DNA of 64,000 nt from Leucoraja ocellata (lineage: Eukaryota): NCBI GenBank assembly GCA_036785375.1, contig JAWMAR010000611.1:124001-188000 (forward strand), read 5' to 3'. Within the stretch, counting starts at the first letter, position 1. Every line of letters begins with the position of its first letter. The notes under the pieces are model-generated. The model was not told the DNA's origin. It worked only from the letters and a program-made list of their open reading frames with translations, and did not search any database. Both the position numbers and the translations under genes were made by a program. Shown one piece after another: positions 1 to 12,829 of this stretch.

Positions 1-239
1 GTAAACAAGAAATTGGCAGATCAGTTAAACAAATACTTTGGTTCTGTCTTCACTAAGGAAGACACAAACAGTCTCCCAGAAATACAAGGGGAACGAGGAT
101 CTAGTGGGAGGGAGGAAGTGAAGGGAATCCATATGATTCACGAAATGTTGTTAGGTAAACTGTTGGGACAGAAGACATGTAAATCCCCAGGGCCTGATGG
201 TCTGCATCCGAAACAACACAAGGAGGTGACCCTTGAAAT

Positions 240-1152
240 CAAAGATCTTATAGCGAAGCAAGATGGGTTACTCTCACGCAAACGTGAGGTCCGCTCATGG
301 GCGGATTCATGGGTGATTATAGGACACATTTTAGCAACCTGACTCCGCCATCTTGTTCCGCCATCTTGCTGACGCCTTCTTGCTTCCGGCGAAAGATTGG
401 ATCCGCAGCGGGGAGAAGGAGTGCGGGGCAGCGGGGAGAAGGAGTGCGGGGCAGCGGGGAGAAGGAGTGCGGGGCCCGGGGCAGCGGGGAGAAGGAGTGC
501 GGGGCAGCGGGGAGAAGGAGTGCGGTGCAGCGGGGAGAAGGAGTGCGGGGTCCGGAGCAGCGGGGAGAGAGAGTGCCCCAAGACAATGTTTCTTATTTAC
601 AATGTTTCTTATTTAATGTCCCTTGTCTAGTCTGAAATAAAGTTCATTATTGGATTAGAAGAAATATAATTGTGTGTGTTATATACATTTATATAATTTT
701 CATGTATGTGTGTTTATAAACATTTTATTCTTTAACAAGAATCAACAGAATTATGAACTAACAGAATTATGAATCTAACCCTATATCACGCACAAAAAGT
801 CCCCCCCTGTCAATCACCCTGCGAGTCGGGTCGGTTCCGGTTACTACAAAATCAACTCAAACACTGTTTGTGAGCCATTTAAAAAGAAATGATTTAAAAA
901 ACATTAGAAAAGACAATTACCAGAATCAAATTTTATTCTTGACAAGAAGTTTGAACTGACAGATTTATGAATCTGACCCACACAAACTGTTGCCCCGCAA
1001 CATTGATTACAGTGCGAGTCGGGTCGGGTTAGGTAGGCTCAGGTTGCTAAAATGGGCATGGAAAATGCCCATGATCCCCTCCATAGCGTACTACACGTCA
1101 GTCCATTGCATTTAGCAGGAGTAGCCTATCTTGCTTCGCTATAAGATCTTTG
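240..1152. mobile_element. Non-autonomous DNA transposon (MITE, hAT- or P-like)
   Basis: 25-bp perfect TIR CAAAGATCTTATAGCGAAGCAAGAT at both ends. 8-bp TSD CTTGAAAT at 232-239 and 1153-1160. Confidence 0.9.
405..566. repeat. G-rich 24-bp minisatellite inside the MITE
   Basis: Unit GCAGCGGGGAGAAGGAGTGCGGGG, about 6 copies. Confidence 0.9.
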
Positions 1153-2037
1153 CTTGAAATCGCGGATGTATTGGTGATCATTTTCCAATGTTCTATAGAC
1201 ATTCAATTAGTTCCTGTGAACTGGAGGGTAGCTAATGTAACCCCATTTTTTAAGAAAGAAGGGATAGAGAAAGCAGGGAATTATAGACGTTAGCCTGACA
1301 TCGGTAGTAGGGAAGATGTTTGAGTCGATTATTAAAAATGTAATAGCAGCACATTTGGAAAGCAGTGACAGGATCGGGCTGAGTCAGCATGGATTTGTGA
1401 AGGGAAAATTATGCTTGACTCATTTTCTAGAATTTTTTGAGTATGTAAGAGGGAAAATCCAAGGGAGAGCCTGTGGATGTGGTGCATCTGGACTTTCAAA
1501 AGGCCTTTGAAAAGAGAACTGGTTGGCAGACAGGAAGCAAAGAGTAGGAATTAACGGGCCCGTTGTAGAATGTCAGGCCGTGACGGGTGGGGTGCCCACA
1601 TGGTTCAATGCTAGGATTTTCAATATAGATTAACGATTTAGACAAAATAATTAAATTTCGCATCTCCAAGTTTGCGGATGTCACCGAACTGGGTGGTAGT
1701 GTGAGCTGCGAGGAGGATTATTTAAGGCTACAGGGTGAGTTAGATAGGTTGGGTGAGTGGGCAGATGCACGGCAGATGCAGTATAATGTGGATAAATGTG
1801 AGGTCATCCACTTTGGTGGCAAGGACAAGGAGACAGATTATTATCTGAATGGTGTCAGATTAGGAAAAGGGGAGGTGCAACGAGACTTGTGTGTCCTTGT
1901 ACAATTGTCACTGAAAGTAAGCATACAGGTTAGGCAGGCAGTGAAGAAAGCAACTGGCAAGTTGTCCTTCATAGCGAGAGGATTTGAGTATAGGAGCAAG
2001 GAGGTCCAACTGCAGTTGTACAGGGCTCTGGTGAGAA

Positions 2038-2657
2038 CACGGAGCTGGGGCTCGCTGGAGGGGAGCGCTCCGTTCCGTTGGCCCGCAGCAGACGGCAGCC
2101 TGAAGCCGCGGTCTGCACAGCTCCAGCTGGCGCGGCGTCTACAGCCCGGGATCCCTCGTGGGGGACACGGGGGGAAGAAGAAGCTTCCACCGCCGGCCCG
2201 CGGCCAACTTCTACCGCGGGTCCGGTATGGACTTACATCACCCCTGGAGGGGAGCTTCGACCGCCGGCCCTGCAGACTGCGGTGCTTACGGCTGCGACGT
2301 GGAGGGAACTTTAAATCTTCGGCCGCCGGCCTGCGGCCTACACCAACTAAAAGCCGCGGTCTCCGGTGGGGAGGAGCCGACTCTGGACTTACCTGGACTT
2401 GTACCTTGTCCTTTACCATCTGGACGCCCGCAGCAACGGCTGCGGAGGGTTGAGGTCCCGACCACGGGGGGAAATGGAGGAGGACTGGCCGAATTGTGTG
2501 CCTTCCACCACAGTAATGAATGCTGTGGTGGATGTTTATGTTAACAATGTATTGTGTTTTTGTGTGTGCCCTTTATCATTGTATCGCTGCTGACGTATCA
2601 TTTCACTTGCATTTTTTGTGCAATGTGACAAATAAACCGTTGTATTGTATTGTATTG
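2038..2657 (+). mobile_element. GC-rich non-autonomous retroelement (SINE-like)
   Basis: GC-rich body ending in GACAAATAAA and a (TTGTA)n tail. Similar architecture at 29910-30580, 41180-42218 and 55184-55945. Confidence 0.55.
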
Positions 2658-2989
2658 TGGCAAAACATCTAACTCTATGTCTCCTAAGGTGGTAACTGGA
2701 GGGAAACACTGGCCCGATATTGGGGCCCATGACGCCAGGCCCACTCAGTATTCAAACAACGTAAGGTCCGAAAACACAAAGCCCATTCAGTGTTGGTGTT
2801 GCATGATGCCACAGAAAGTAGGCCCAATCTCTAAGGGGGGTGTGCACGTAAGGTCACTGGGTCATAGGGCTTGACGCACGGGGCCGCTCAATTCATCTGG
2901 AGGACATCTGTAACTTCCGGTATATTTTATTAATGCAAGAAACGCGTACTTTCCTACCTGTTAATAATCCCCAAAATATTGAATTATAG

Positions 2990-3590
2990 CGCTGTAAAAA
3001 ATTGTGTAAGTCGGGGTAAGCGTGAGAGACATGTACCCAACTTCAGAATTCCAAACGTGAAGCGAAATGAAGGTAAAGAGAAGTGAGAGCTGAAGGGACA
3101 ACAACAGCTAAAGTGCTTGGCGAACATTGGCCGTGCAGATATCGGAATTGAAAATATTGGGAATCATAGCGTTCGCTCACTGCATTTCATCAACAGTAAG
3201 GCATTATTTGTGGTTTTTCTTGATTCCTTTGGTATCTAAAAAGTCTCAGAAGTGATAAATCTAGCTCCAAATTTTGCTTCAGATGCGTTTTCATTTTGTA
3301 GGTAAAAACCCACTTGAGAACTATGGGAGATTTTAAAATTTTACAGCCTGATTTATCACTTCTGAAACTTTTTAGATGCCAAAGGAATCAAGAAAAAACA
3401 CAAATAATGCCTTAGTTGATGGAATGCAGTCAGCAAAAGGCCAATGTTCGCCAAGCACTCTGGCTGTTGTTGTCCCTTCAGCTCTCGCTTCTATCTACCG
3501 TCATTTCTACTCCCGTTTGGAATTCTGAAGTAGGATAAATGTCTCTCAGCTTATCCCGATTTCCGTAATTATTTACAGCGCAAAAGTGGA
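2990..3590. repeat. Long imperfect inverted repeat (foldback/MITE-like core)
   Basis: About 3000-3265 is the reverse complement of about 3345-3580, e.g. CTTCAGAATTCCAAACG / CGTTTGGAATTCTGAAG and AGAAGTGATAAATC / GATTTATCACTTCT. Confidence 0.7.
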
Positions 3591-3789
3591 CATTTTCGAC
3601 GGGTTTTAACGGGCCCACTACGCTGGAAACAATGGTTAGTGCCTACCTGCAGTTCATCGCTTGTACTCCAGTTTGAGTGGTGTAGCAACAGTACGGGTCA
3701 TGGGTCGTGACCCGACTGCCGTGAAACCTCCATATACATGACCTTAACGTCATCGGACACCCGAACGCGCAATGGTCGCATAATCGAAG

Positions 3790-6220
3790 TCACTCCTGTC
3801 CCTTCACCGACACCTCGACCCCGCTTCCTCCGAGAAATCACCTTCCGTAATCTAAAATCCATCGATCTCCACCATCTCTCTGACCTGCTCTCCACCACTC
3901 TCCCCCTGGACTCAACCCATATCTCACCTGATGATCTCACAAACCATCTCAACTCCACCTTGTCTACCTCCCTAAACATTCTGGCCCCCCTCAAAACAAG
4001 AACCGTAACTTTTAACACATCTTCACCCTGGTACACACCTGGTAAGCTGAAACAGACTGGTCGCCGACTTGAACGACTCACTAAGAAATCATCTCTCACA
4101 GTCCACCATGAAGCTTACAAACTCCACCTCACTGCCTACAAAGATGCCCTCATTGCTGCAAAATCTGCCTACCTCTCCTCCATATTCACCGACCCCTGCC
4201 TAAACCACAGAACCCTCATCTCCACAGTGGACAACCTCCTCAAGCCTCGAACCAACATTCTCCCTACGGATCTCTGCAACTCATTCCTCAACTTTTTCGC
4301 TGATAAAATCAGCACCATCTATCAATCTTTATCCCTTGTACCCGACTCTCCAGCATCTACTCCACCACCTACCAAGGCCCCTCCTTTCAACATCTCCACT
4401 GACCTCCTTACCCCTCCTCCACACTGCTTCCTCTCCCAGTTTGACCTGGTCACCCCTACTGAAATTTCCAAAATCATCAGCTCTTCCAATCCCACTACCT
4501 GCTCCCTCGACCCTCTCCCCACTCCCCTGCTGAAGTCCTGCCTCCCCGTTCTCTGCCCCTACCTCACTAATCTCTTCAACTCCTCATTGTCCCAAGGAAT
4601 TGTCCCCTCCGCTTTCAAAACTGCTGCTGTCACACCAATCTTAAAGAAACCTGGTCTTGATCTCTCCTCGCTCATTAACTACCGCCCAATCTCAAACCTC
4701 CCCTTTCTTTCAAAATCCCTGGAGTGTATCGTTGCGTCACAACTTCATTCCCACCTCCTTGCGTATAACCTATTTGAACTCTTCCAATCTGGCTTTCGCC
4801 CCCTCCATAGCACAGAAACTGCTCTCCTCAAAGTCCTCAACGACCTCCTCACCTCTGCTGACACTGGTTCCCTCAACATCCTCATCCTCCTCGACCTGAG
4901 CGCAGCCTTCGATACAGTGAACCATAACATCCTGCTTACCAGACTTGGGGACCTCGGCATTGAAGGTTCTGCACTCAGCTGGCTCCGTTCCTACCTTTCC
5001 AACAGATCCCACTTCATCTCTCTCCACAACCACACCTCTGCTACAGCCACAGTCACTCAAGGCGTTCCCCAAGGCTCCGTACTCGGCCCCCTCCTCTTCA
5101 TCATCTACATCCTCCCCCTTGGTCAGATACTCCACCACTTCAACCTGGACTTCCACTGTTACGTCGATGACACCCAGATCTACCTCGGCACCAAATCCCC
5201 CCACAACCCCTCCCCCCCCCTCCCCCCCTCTCCCATATCAACTCCTGTTTGTCAGCTATAAAGACCTGGATGCAACATAACTTCCTCAAACTCAACAGCG
5301 ATAAAACAGAATTCCTCCTCATAGGCTCCAAATCCACACTCAGCAAAATAAATAACCCCACTCTCACCATCGACGGCACCACTGTCTCCCCATCTCCCCA
5401 GGCCCGCAACCTTGGCGTGATCTTTGATTCCACCCTCTCCCTTGAGCCTCACATCCGCCATGTCATTAAAACCTCCTTCTTTCACCTCCGCAACATCGCC
5501 AAAATCAGACCCTCTCTCACACCTCCTGCTGCTGAAAGACTCATCCATGCCTTCATCTCCTCCCGACTGGACTACTGTAATTCACTTCTCCTTGGCATCA
5601 GCTCCACCTACCAACCGATTCCAACTGGTCCAGAACGCAACTGCCCGACTCATCACCCACACCAAATCCTGGCATCACATCACTCCAGTCCTCAAACAAC
5701 TTCACTGGCTTCCCATCTCCCACCGGATCACCTACAAAATCCTGGTCCTCACCTACAAAGCCCTCCACCATCTGGCCCCCCCATATCTCACTGACCTCCT
5801 CTCCCCCTACCAACCCTCACGGTCCCTCAGATCCACATCAGCCGGTCTCCTCTCCATCCACAAGTCCAACCTCCGCAGTTTTGGGGACAGAGCCTTCTCC
5901 AGGGCAGCTCCCAGGCTCTGGAACTCCCTCCCCCAACTGATCCTCAATTCCGTGTCCCTCACCATCTTCCAGTCCCGCCTCAAGACCCATCTCTTCACCT
6001 CTGCCTATACTTATCCCCACGTCCCCCTCCTTTTTCATCTGTGCTTGAATTGCCTCATATTGTGTTTTGAATTGAATTCTGTCTTTAATTTGTGTACTAG
6101 TCATGTCTCTACTATTTACTTCATTCCGCTTACATGTTTTTCCTCTACTTGCTAAATTTTTGTAAGATGTCCTTGAGACTCTTGAAAGGCCCCCATAAAT
6201 AAAATTTATTATTATTATTA
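3790..6220 (+). mobile_element. L2-clade LINE, 5'-truncated, RT domain largely intact
   Basis: ORF 3738-5261 has NYRPISNLPFLSK, QSGFR..HSTETAL, LDLSAAFDTV, GVPQGSVLGPLLF and YVDDTQIY. After frameshifts it continues with SRLDYCNSLL and HITPVLKQLHWLP. Ends in AATAAA and an (ATT)n tail. Confidence 0.95.
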
Positions 6221-6363
6221 CTACTCGCCAGTGACGATCTGAGAGAAAATATATTGAGGGAAATGGTGGAACACGAAGAAATACGAGTGCGCATTTATCG
6301 TAAGGTGCTGGTTCCTTCGAGAAACAAATATAGCAAACCAGGTTAGGCTTTTGTAGTTCAGCT

Positions 6364-6369
6364 TTTATT
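6364..6369 (-). terminator. Candidate poly(A) signal for membrane IgM mRNA
   Basis: AATAAA on the minus strand about 840 nt after the TM2 stop. An alternative lies at 6605-6610. Confidence 0.45.
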
Positions 6370-6599
6370 TGTGATTTAACAGAAACACATTACAGAGACC
6401 TTTTTAAAAACATAACACAAAGTGGTCAAAACAACTGAATTCCACACTGAGACCAGGTACATTGAACATGTGGCTCGAGAGTCAAAGGTTAGCTCTGAAT
6501 TAAGGAAAGGACAATTGAGCAGAAAAGGAGTAAATAGATATTTGCTGATATGTGCACACGCGTTGGATTGTTGGGTATGTATTTACACGTGCATTTACA

Positions 6600-6830
6600 T
6601 GACATTTATTTACAGGCCTTCGGTTAGGTCGCACTTGGAGGTCAGGTCGTCCCTTCAAGGGGATAATGTGGAGGCTTTGGAGAAGATGCAGAAGAGGTTT
6701 ACTAGAATGCTGCAGCCCGGGTTAGAATTATTAGCTAGAAGAGGCAAACATGGATTGTTTTCTTTGGCGCATCGGAGGTTGAAGTGGGACACGGTAGAAC
6801 TTGTTAGAATAATGACAGGCATAGATAGTG
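6600..6830 (+). mobile_element. Old CR1 fragment
   Basis: Decayed RSHLE...LEKMQKRFTRML...GLFSL..RRL. Confidence 0.65.
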
Positions 6831-7203
6831 TGTCTGAATTTAACATGAAGATTACGATCTCACACAAACAGCGTTCCCGACTTTCTATACAACACCGGAA
6901 GGACACAAATATGGCCCATGCTAAAGAAAAAGAGAATGTATAGGAAAAAAAGATAAAAAGAAGATAAGAAAACGTCTACCGTTTGAGAAAATTGACTTAT
7001 TTTCACATGATATTCAAATTACGATTAAAATATTTTGATACATTAACGCTATACGAAAGGCAACTAGGCAATATCAAACAAGTCAGATAGACAGAATGAA
7101 CTATTGTTTATGACATTGCCCGCTTCTGCTTTGAACATTTCCCTTGGTTACATCGACGTCCATAGACCGGTCAGATAAATACGCGGTTTTCAACATTCAA
7201 TCG

Positions 7204-7212
7204 TCACTTGAC
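7204..7212 (-). CDS. IGHM: IgM heavy chain TM2 exon (V-K-stop)
   Basis: Polypyrimidine-TTACAG acceptor then GTC AAG TGA, completing the KVK cytoplasmic tail. Confidence 0.9.
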   Translation of the reverse strand, partial: VK

Positions 7213-7346
7213 CTGTAAAGAGAGGGAGAGAATATGAAAGTGTATCAGCAGTCTGTGACTAAGATGCCAGGACATCCAGTGAGTGGGACAATCGCTATTT
7301 TGCCCTACACTTCAATCAGGTGAAAAAGTAAGTGCAATGGACTCAC

Positions 7347-7474
7347 CTTCACCAGAGTTACGGCAGCACCGTAGGAAATGCTCAGGAAGAACAAGATAAT
7401 GAATGTGGAAGCGGTTGTCCAGATATTGTCTCTGTCTTCCTCATAGTCCTCTAGAGGAACGTTGTCGGCGTAAT
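7347..7474 (-). CDS. IGHM: IgM heavy chain TM1 exon
   Basis: DYADNVPLEDYEEDRDNIWTTASTFIILFFLSISYGAAVTLVK with CART motif. Acceptor TTTGCGTAG, donor AAG|GTGAGT; phase fits the CH4 internal donor. Confidence 0.95.
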
Positions 7475-8192
7475 CTACGCAAAGCAGAACGCGAAGACGT
7501 TCACAATATATTCTAATCATTGTATTGTATTTATTATTTACCAAAATAATAGGGATATTAATATTAGGGATATTAATTTCCTATGAGCTGTTTTTACGTT
7601 GAGGTGATCATCCATCCTCAACAATTGTATCCACAACCATGGCCACTTGTAGACACAGCTGCTAATAAACAGCCGTTTATGAATAGTTTTGGGGAAAACA
7701 ATGTGTTTGCATATTTCTGGGATTCATTACTCATTCTATAAACGTCCGCTTCCCATTAATATATTTTACTAACCAGGATGGTATAACACTTGGAGCTGGT
7801 TATTGCTTACAATGTTATCAGATAACCCTGTATTTGGATATGGTGACCGGAGCTCGGTGAAGGAACTCACTGAATGGAAACATTGGCTCCCAATAATGTG
7901 CCATAATTCCCACATTAGAACCCTGTTGGCTGATGTATCCTGTTTTCGGTTAGGGGATGGAGGAAGGCTTGTGTACACAAATATAACTTTGAACCATTTG
8001 ATAGGCATTATATTTCTAGTGTAAAATATGGAGCATTAATGATCTACGGTTATACTTAGTTGTTAGGAACGCGGGGAAAACTACTGGATAAATGATCTGA
8101 TTGGCCCTTCCGTTTGCCGGTAACTAGCTAGATGTGTATCATCATGTATAAGTTTGCCTAAATTCTAACATTGTTTTCGTACTGGTTCATGG

Positions 8193-8193
<1 letters not shown>

Positions 8194-8265
<72 letters not shown>
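8194..8265. repeat. (GT)n microsatellite
   Basis: About 35 GT units. Confidence 0.95.
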
Positions 8266-8271
<6 letters not shown>

Positions 8272-8479
8272 CATATAATGCGTGCGTTGTTGTGGAAAAT
8301 CTATTTCGACATCAATCAGCATTTATGCAGAAGAAAAATATAATATGAGCCAATAAATCTACTAGCGTGTATTATTGACACGGGGATTTTGCTTTGAAAG
8401 TCCATTGGTGTTAAAGTGAGAGCCTAAATGCATTTGTGTTGTATTAATGTGGTTTGTTTTGTGCAAATATGCGCTTTTA

Positions 8480-8925
8480 CAAGGTTGAACAAGTTAGGGC
8501 TTTATTCTTTGGAGCGCGGAAGGTTAAGTGGGGACTTGATAGAGGTCTTTAAAATGATGAGAGGGATAGACAGAGTTGACATGGATAAGCTTTTCCCACT
8601 GAGAGTAGGGAAGATTCAAACAAGGGGACATGACTTGAGAATTAAGGGACAGAAGTTTAGGGGTAACATGAGGGGGAACTTCTTTGCTCAGAGCGTGGTG
8701 GCTGTGTGGAATGAGCTTCCAGTGAAGGTGGTGGAGGCAGGTTCGTTTTTATCATTTAAAAATAAATTGGATAGTTATATGGATGGGAAAGGTATGGAAG
8801 ATTATGGGCTGAACGCAGGTGTATGGGACAAGGGGAGAATATGTGTTCGGCACGGACTAGAAGGGTCGAGATGGCCTGTTTCCGTGCTGTAATTGTTATA
8901 TGGTTATATGGTTTATATGGTTTAG
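8480..8925 (+). mobile_element. CR1 3' end, same subfamily as 32930-35730
   Basis: RLNKLGLYSLERGRLSGDLIEVFK...FF.Q.VVAVWNELP, followed by a (TTATATGG)n tail. Confidence 0.9.
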
Positions 8926-9492
8926 CTAACCGTTCCTATTATTTTGTATTTCAAAGAATGTATGATTGCTGGTGTGTTTAGGTGGATGTCCATGTGCTAT
9001 GGGGTAAGCATGTCGTTAATTGCGTTTTATGTATGTTTCTATGCGACCCCATAAATGATTTTATTTGTGTGCGCTTGCTGATGTTTTGTGGTGAGTAAGC
9101 TTCGTGTACATCAGGGGGAGAACTGGAAACGGACATGGCCTTGTCTAATGCTCGAGCCGCATCTGATATTTGGATCTAAGTTTGTGTTCTCACGAGCCAC
9201 TCATAGCGGTTATCCCATCAATCGCCTGCACACATTGTGATGCCCGTTTAATAACTGAACGCCACAGCATTCTGGAGCCGGAGTTAAATGGCCCACTTCA
9301 TGGGAACAATCTATAATGGTGACACTTTATTCTTGTTCTTTACGTTCCACATAGTTGTACTTAGCATTACGTTGCTTTCATTGAATTGCTATCGGCTGTT
9401 TCTTCTCTACGCTCCTGAACACATTCAGCATCATGTGCATCAAAAGAGCCATTACATTCTCTTATCATTAATATATGGATCTTCCTCTCTCA

Positions 9493-9993
9493 NNNNNNNN
9501 NNNNNNNNNNNNNNNNNNNNNNNNNNNNNNNNNNNNNNNNNNNNNNNNNNNNNNNNNNNNNNNNNNNNNNNNNNNNNNNNNNNNNNNNNNNNNNNNNNNN
9601 NNNNNNNNNNNNNNNNNNNNNNNNNNNNNNNNNNNNNNNNNNNNNNNNNNNNNNNNNNNNNNNNNNNNNNNNNNNNNNNNNNNNNNNNNNNNNNNNNNNN
9701 NNNNNNNNNNNNNNNNNNNNNNNNNNNNNNNNNNNNNNNNNNNNNNNNNNNNNNNNNNNNNNNNNNNNNNNNNNNNNNNNNNNNNNNNNNNNNNNNNNNN
9801 NNNNNNNNNNNNNNNNNNNNNNNNNNNNNNNNNNNNNNNNNNNNNNNNNNNNNNNNNNNNNNNNNNNNNNNNNNNNNNNNNNNNNNNNNNNNNNNNNNNN
9901 NNNNNNNNNNNNNNNNNNNNNNNNNNNNNNNNNNNNNNNNNNNNNNNNNNNNNNNNNNNNNNNNNNNNNNNNNNNNNNNNNNNNNNNNNNNNN
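9493..9993. other. Assembly gap in the CH4-TM1 intron
   Basis: Run of N. Confidence 1.
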
Positions 9994-10218
9994 CAGCAAG
10001 AGCGATAATGTTGAAGTGTGTCCGCGATGCGTGCAGTGGTGCAGCTGTGACTTATCTCCAAAACCCCGACGTTACTGTGCCGTCTACATGCGTTTTCAGT
10101 AAATTGTCGCCAAGATTTTCAAGTATCAACGTTAATATATAGTCATCGTTTTGGCAGAATGTTTTATATAATTAATTGGGTGGCCACGTGTTCAGCTCAA
10201 GATTGGAGGTTAAAGATA

Positions 10219-10234
10219 TTTATTAGCATTTATT
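10219..10234 (-). terminator. Tandem poly(A) signals of secretory IgM mRNA
   Basis: Two AATAAA (10229-10234 and 10219-10224), about 30-40 nt after the secretory stop. Confidence 0.8.
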
Positions 10235-10261
10235 TCAGAGGAATTTGAAACTAATTCATTC

Positions 10262-10653
10262 TCATTGACAGGAATTGACAGTGTCCATTAATACAAGGGA
10301 AACGTTGACAAAACTGGGTTTACCGCTGGACTTATTGACCGTTCTGACGATGGTCTTCATGGGGAGTGCTTCGTGCCCCACTAGACAGGAGAAGGAGGCT
10401 CCGCTAGCCCACTCCTCTGCCCCAACGGATAACAGGCTGTATGTGAAGAAGGTATCATTGCCGTTCTCCGCCTCCACCTCGGTGTTCTTGTACTTGCTCT
10501 CATCCACCCGCTTGTCATCAAGTGTCCACGTGACGAAGACCCTGCGAGGGGAGAATCCTCTCACGAAGCAGGTGAGGGTGATAGTCTTGTGCGCGGAGAT
10601 TTCTTCTGTCGGCGGCAGAAGGACTGAGAGGGAAGGTGGCAGCAGATGTTGAC
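10262..10653 (-). CDS. IGHM: IgM CH4 exon plus secretory tailpiece
   Basis: C1-set domain ([11 protein letters not shown]...[11 protein letters not shown]). Tail [20 protein letters not shown] has the NVS sequon and penultimate Cys. Internal donor G|GTAAA at 10324/10323; acceptor TTCCCTAG. Confidence 0.97.
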
Positions 10654-11765
10654 CTAGGGAACAATTGAAATTGCGTTTATTATACAAGACGGTTAAAGCG
10701 ATTAAAAGCGAATATATCCGTGAGTAAACTGCCAACCGACAGTATTAACGGCATTGCATTCCCCTTTTGTGACTTGTCTCTTTGTTCAGACATATACACC
10801 TGAATGTGCGTCTCTCCTGTGCACGGCAGAAGATTTGTATGAATCACTTCACACACTCACAACACAAGATCAAGCCAAGCGCCCTCTCTGATCCGTGTTA
10901 TTTCTGATGGCCATGGTTGACTCTGCTCCTTTTGTAATTTATTGCTAAATGCAATTGAATGAGACGTTATCAACCCATGGCAGGAGTAGTTAGTGGATGC
11001 CAGTGGACAATGCTGAGCGTACAAGGTGATGCTTTGTGAAGTGCGTTTTCGAAATCGATGCAAATGATGGAATTGTAAAATGAATTCAGGGGTCGCAGGA
11101 AACAAAGAGCACGTCAGACAGTGTGTACGCAAAAAGAGATGCCTTTGTATGACGTGGGGAAATGACCCATTCTTAAGTTGCAGAGATAATGTTGGACGGA
11201 GTTGAGAGTAAAAAGGGAATTTGGAAATGGCCATTTTGACCTGGACAATACAAGCAAAATGCAAAACAAAACACTTCTAGGCTCTTGGTCTGCGGTCTTC
11301 CTCGGTGTTATATCTAATCCCTATGGCAAGCTTTCAGAATGGCATTCCTCCGATCGTTTGTGTAGATGCAGACCATTGGAGCCAATATTAAATGTTCTGC
11401 ATTAAGTTGACGTCTTTCCGATATACGACATTTGAAGTATTTTGTTTTTTTTCGAATAACTCGTTTCATGTGCCTAGCTCAGAAACGGACATTTCTGCAA
11501 CTCGAGAGTATCTGCGATCTACTGACACCATCACCACATGGTAATTTGGTAGGCAAACCCATATCCCTGCAAGTTACAACACTCATTTCATGCAAAGTCA
11601 TCTCGTATTCTCTCTTTTCCAGCTCTGACCAAGGACTCAGTGAAGTCTTAGCACTATTTCATTTTGCATAGATATTGCTTCGCCGACGGAGTGATCTCAA
11701 TCATTTATTTTAGCTTTATCTCAGAAGAAAAGTGCACCAGTCACCTCTGGCCCACACCGGCTCAC

Positions 11766-12065
11766 CTTTCTTCCAGTTGATTCGTTCAGTTTTTGGCTTT
11801 GGCATATTACCATGGCTCACCGCGCATTCGAAATAATCCCCACTCAGCCAGTCTTGAGTCGAAATGTTGACTTTGCTCTGTACGATATCTGCAGGTCCTG
11901 TGGGCTGGATGTATGATACCAAAGGTACATTCCCACGTTTCCAAGATACTGTGATACCATAAGGTGCATCGGATACCAGACAGGTTAACGTCACGGTCAT
12001 CTCCATTAACTCTTGTTCAACGTGTGGTGGAAGGATTTTAATACTCAGTTTGTCGCAGGAAACAT
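11766..12065 (-). CDS. IGHM: IgM CH3 exon
   Basis: DVSCDKLSIKILPP...LTCLVSD...VSW...FECAVSH. 300 nt, CAG acceptor, GTGAG donor. Confidence 0.95.
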
Positions 12066-12511
12066 CTGTGGCACAATAATGAATGTGAACATAAGCATTT
12101 GCAGGAGTAACCGGGATCGAAGGTTTACACCAATCATCCGCCCCCAAAACTTGAATGTGTACATGACCCCTTCTGATTAGTGATTCTGGGAACATGGGTC
12201 CTAAATCGTCATGAACTGACTTTTGTCTCTGTGCAGAGAACGACACAATAAATGAAATGAGAGGTCGCATCATGGGCTATACCACGCTAGACACGCAGAG
12301 CTGGAGTACTGTAACTCAGCGGGTCAGGCACCATCTCTGCAGAAAATGAATACATGCTGTTTCTGGTCGAGACCCTCCTTTAGACTGAGAGTCTGGGTGG
12401 GGGGGGGGGGGGGGGGGGTGTAGAAGTATTAATAGGTACAAATAAAAAAACAACCCTGAGCGCTAATGTTTACACTAATATCCCGAGACACACCACGGAT
12501 GTATTTCTTAC

Positions 12512-12829
12512 CTGGAGGCATACTGATGTTTTGGCTTTTCAAATCTTTTTCATGGTTGACTTGGCAGGTATAGACGAAATCTCCGAACCACTCTTCAGCT
12601 GTGAATGTCAACTGGCTGGTCGCCGAGAAGTTACCGGTACCGTTCACCTGGAAGGCGGGAGAGGTGACGATGCCAGAATCCAATGGCTTTCCATTCTTCA
12701 GCCAGTTCACAGTAAATATGGCTGGGGTGAAATCGTTGACCAAACACACGGCGATCGCTTTTCTGCTGCGCTTAATTTCATCAAGAGCAGTTATGGTAAT
12801 GGTGACGGTAGGATGATGTACCACGCGGA
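12512..12829 (-). CDS. IGHM: IgM CH2 exon
   Basis: VRVVHHPTV...AVCLVNDFTP...VNWLKNG...YTCQVNH. 318 nt, TTCAG acceptor, GTAAG donor. Confidence 0.95.

Larger units (their letters stand above)
1..2037 (+). mobile_element. CR1-type LINE ORF2 fragment (decayed), split by a MITE at 240-1152
   Basis: CR1 peptides: LNKYFGSVFTKED, KSPGPDGLHP, SQHGFVKGK.CLT, LQGELDRLGEWA..QMQYNVDKCEVIHFG. Frameshifts and deletions present. Confidence 0.9.

Noticed and set aside
138-635. Several overlapping ORFs with repeated peptides
   Set aside because: Translations of the 24-bp minisatellite.
9288-10142. Long ORFs spanning N runs (also 23497-24156)
   Set aside because: Artefacts of assembly gaps.
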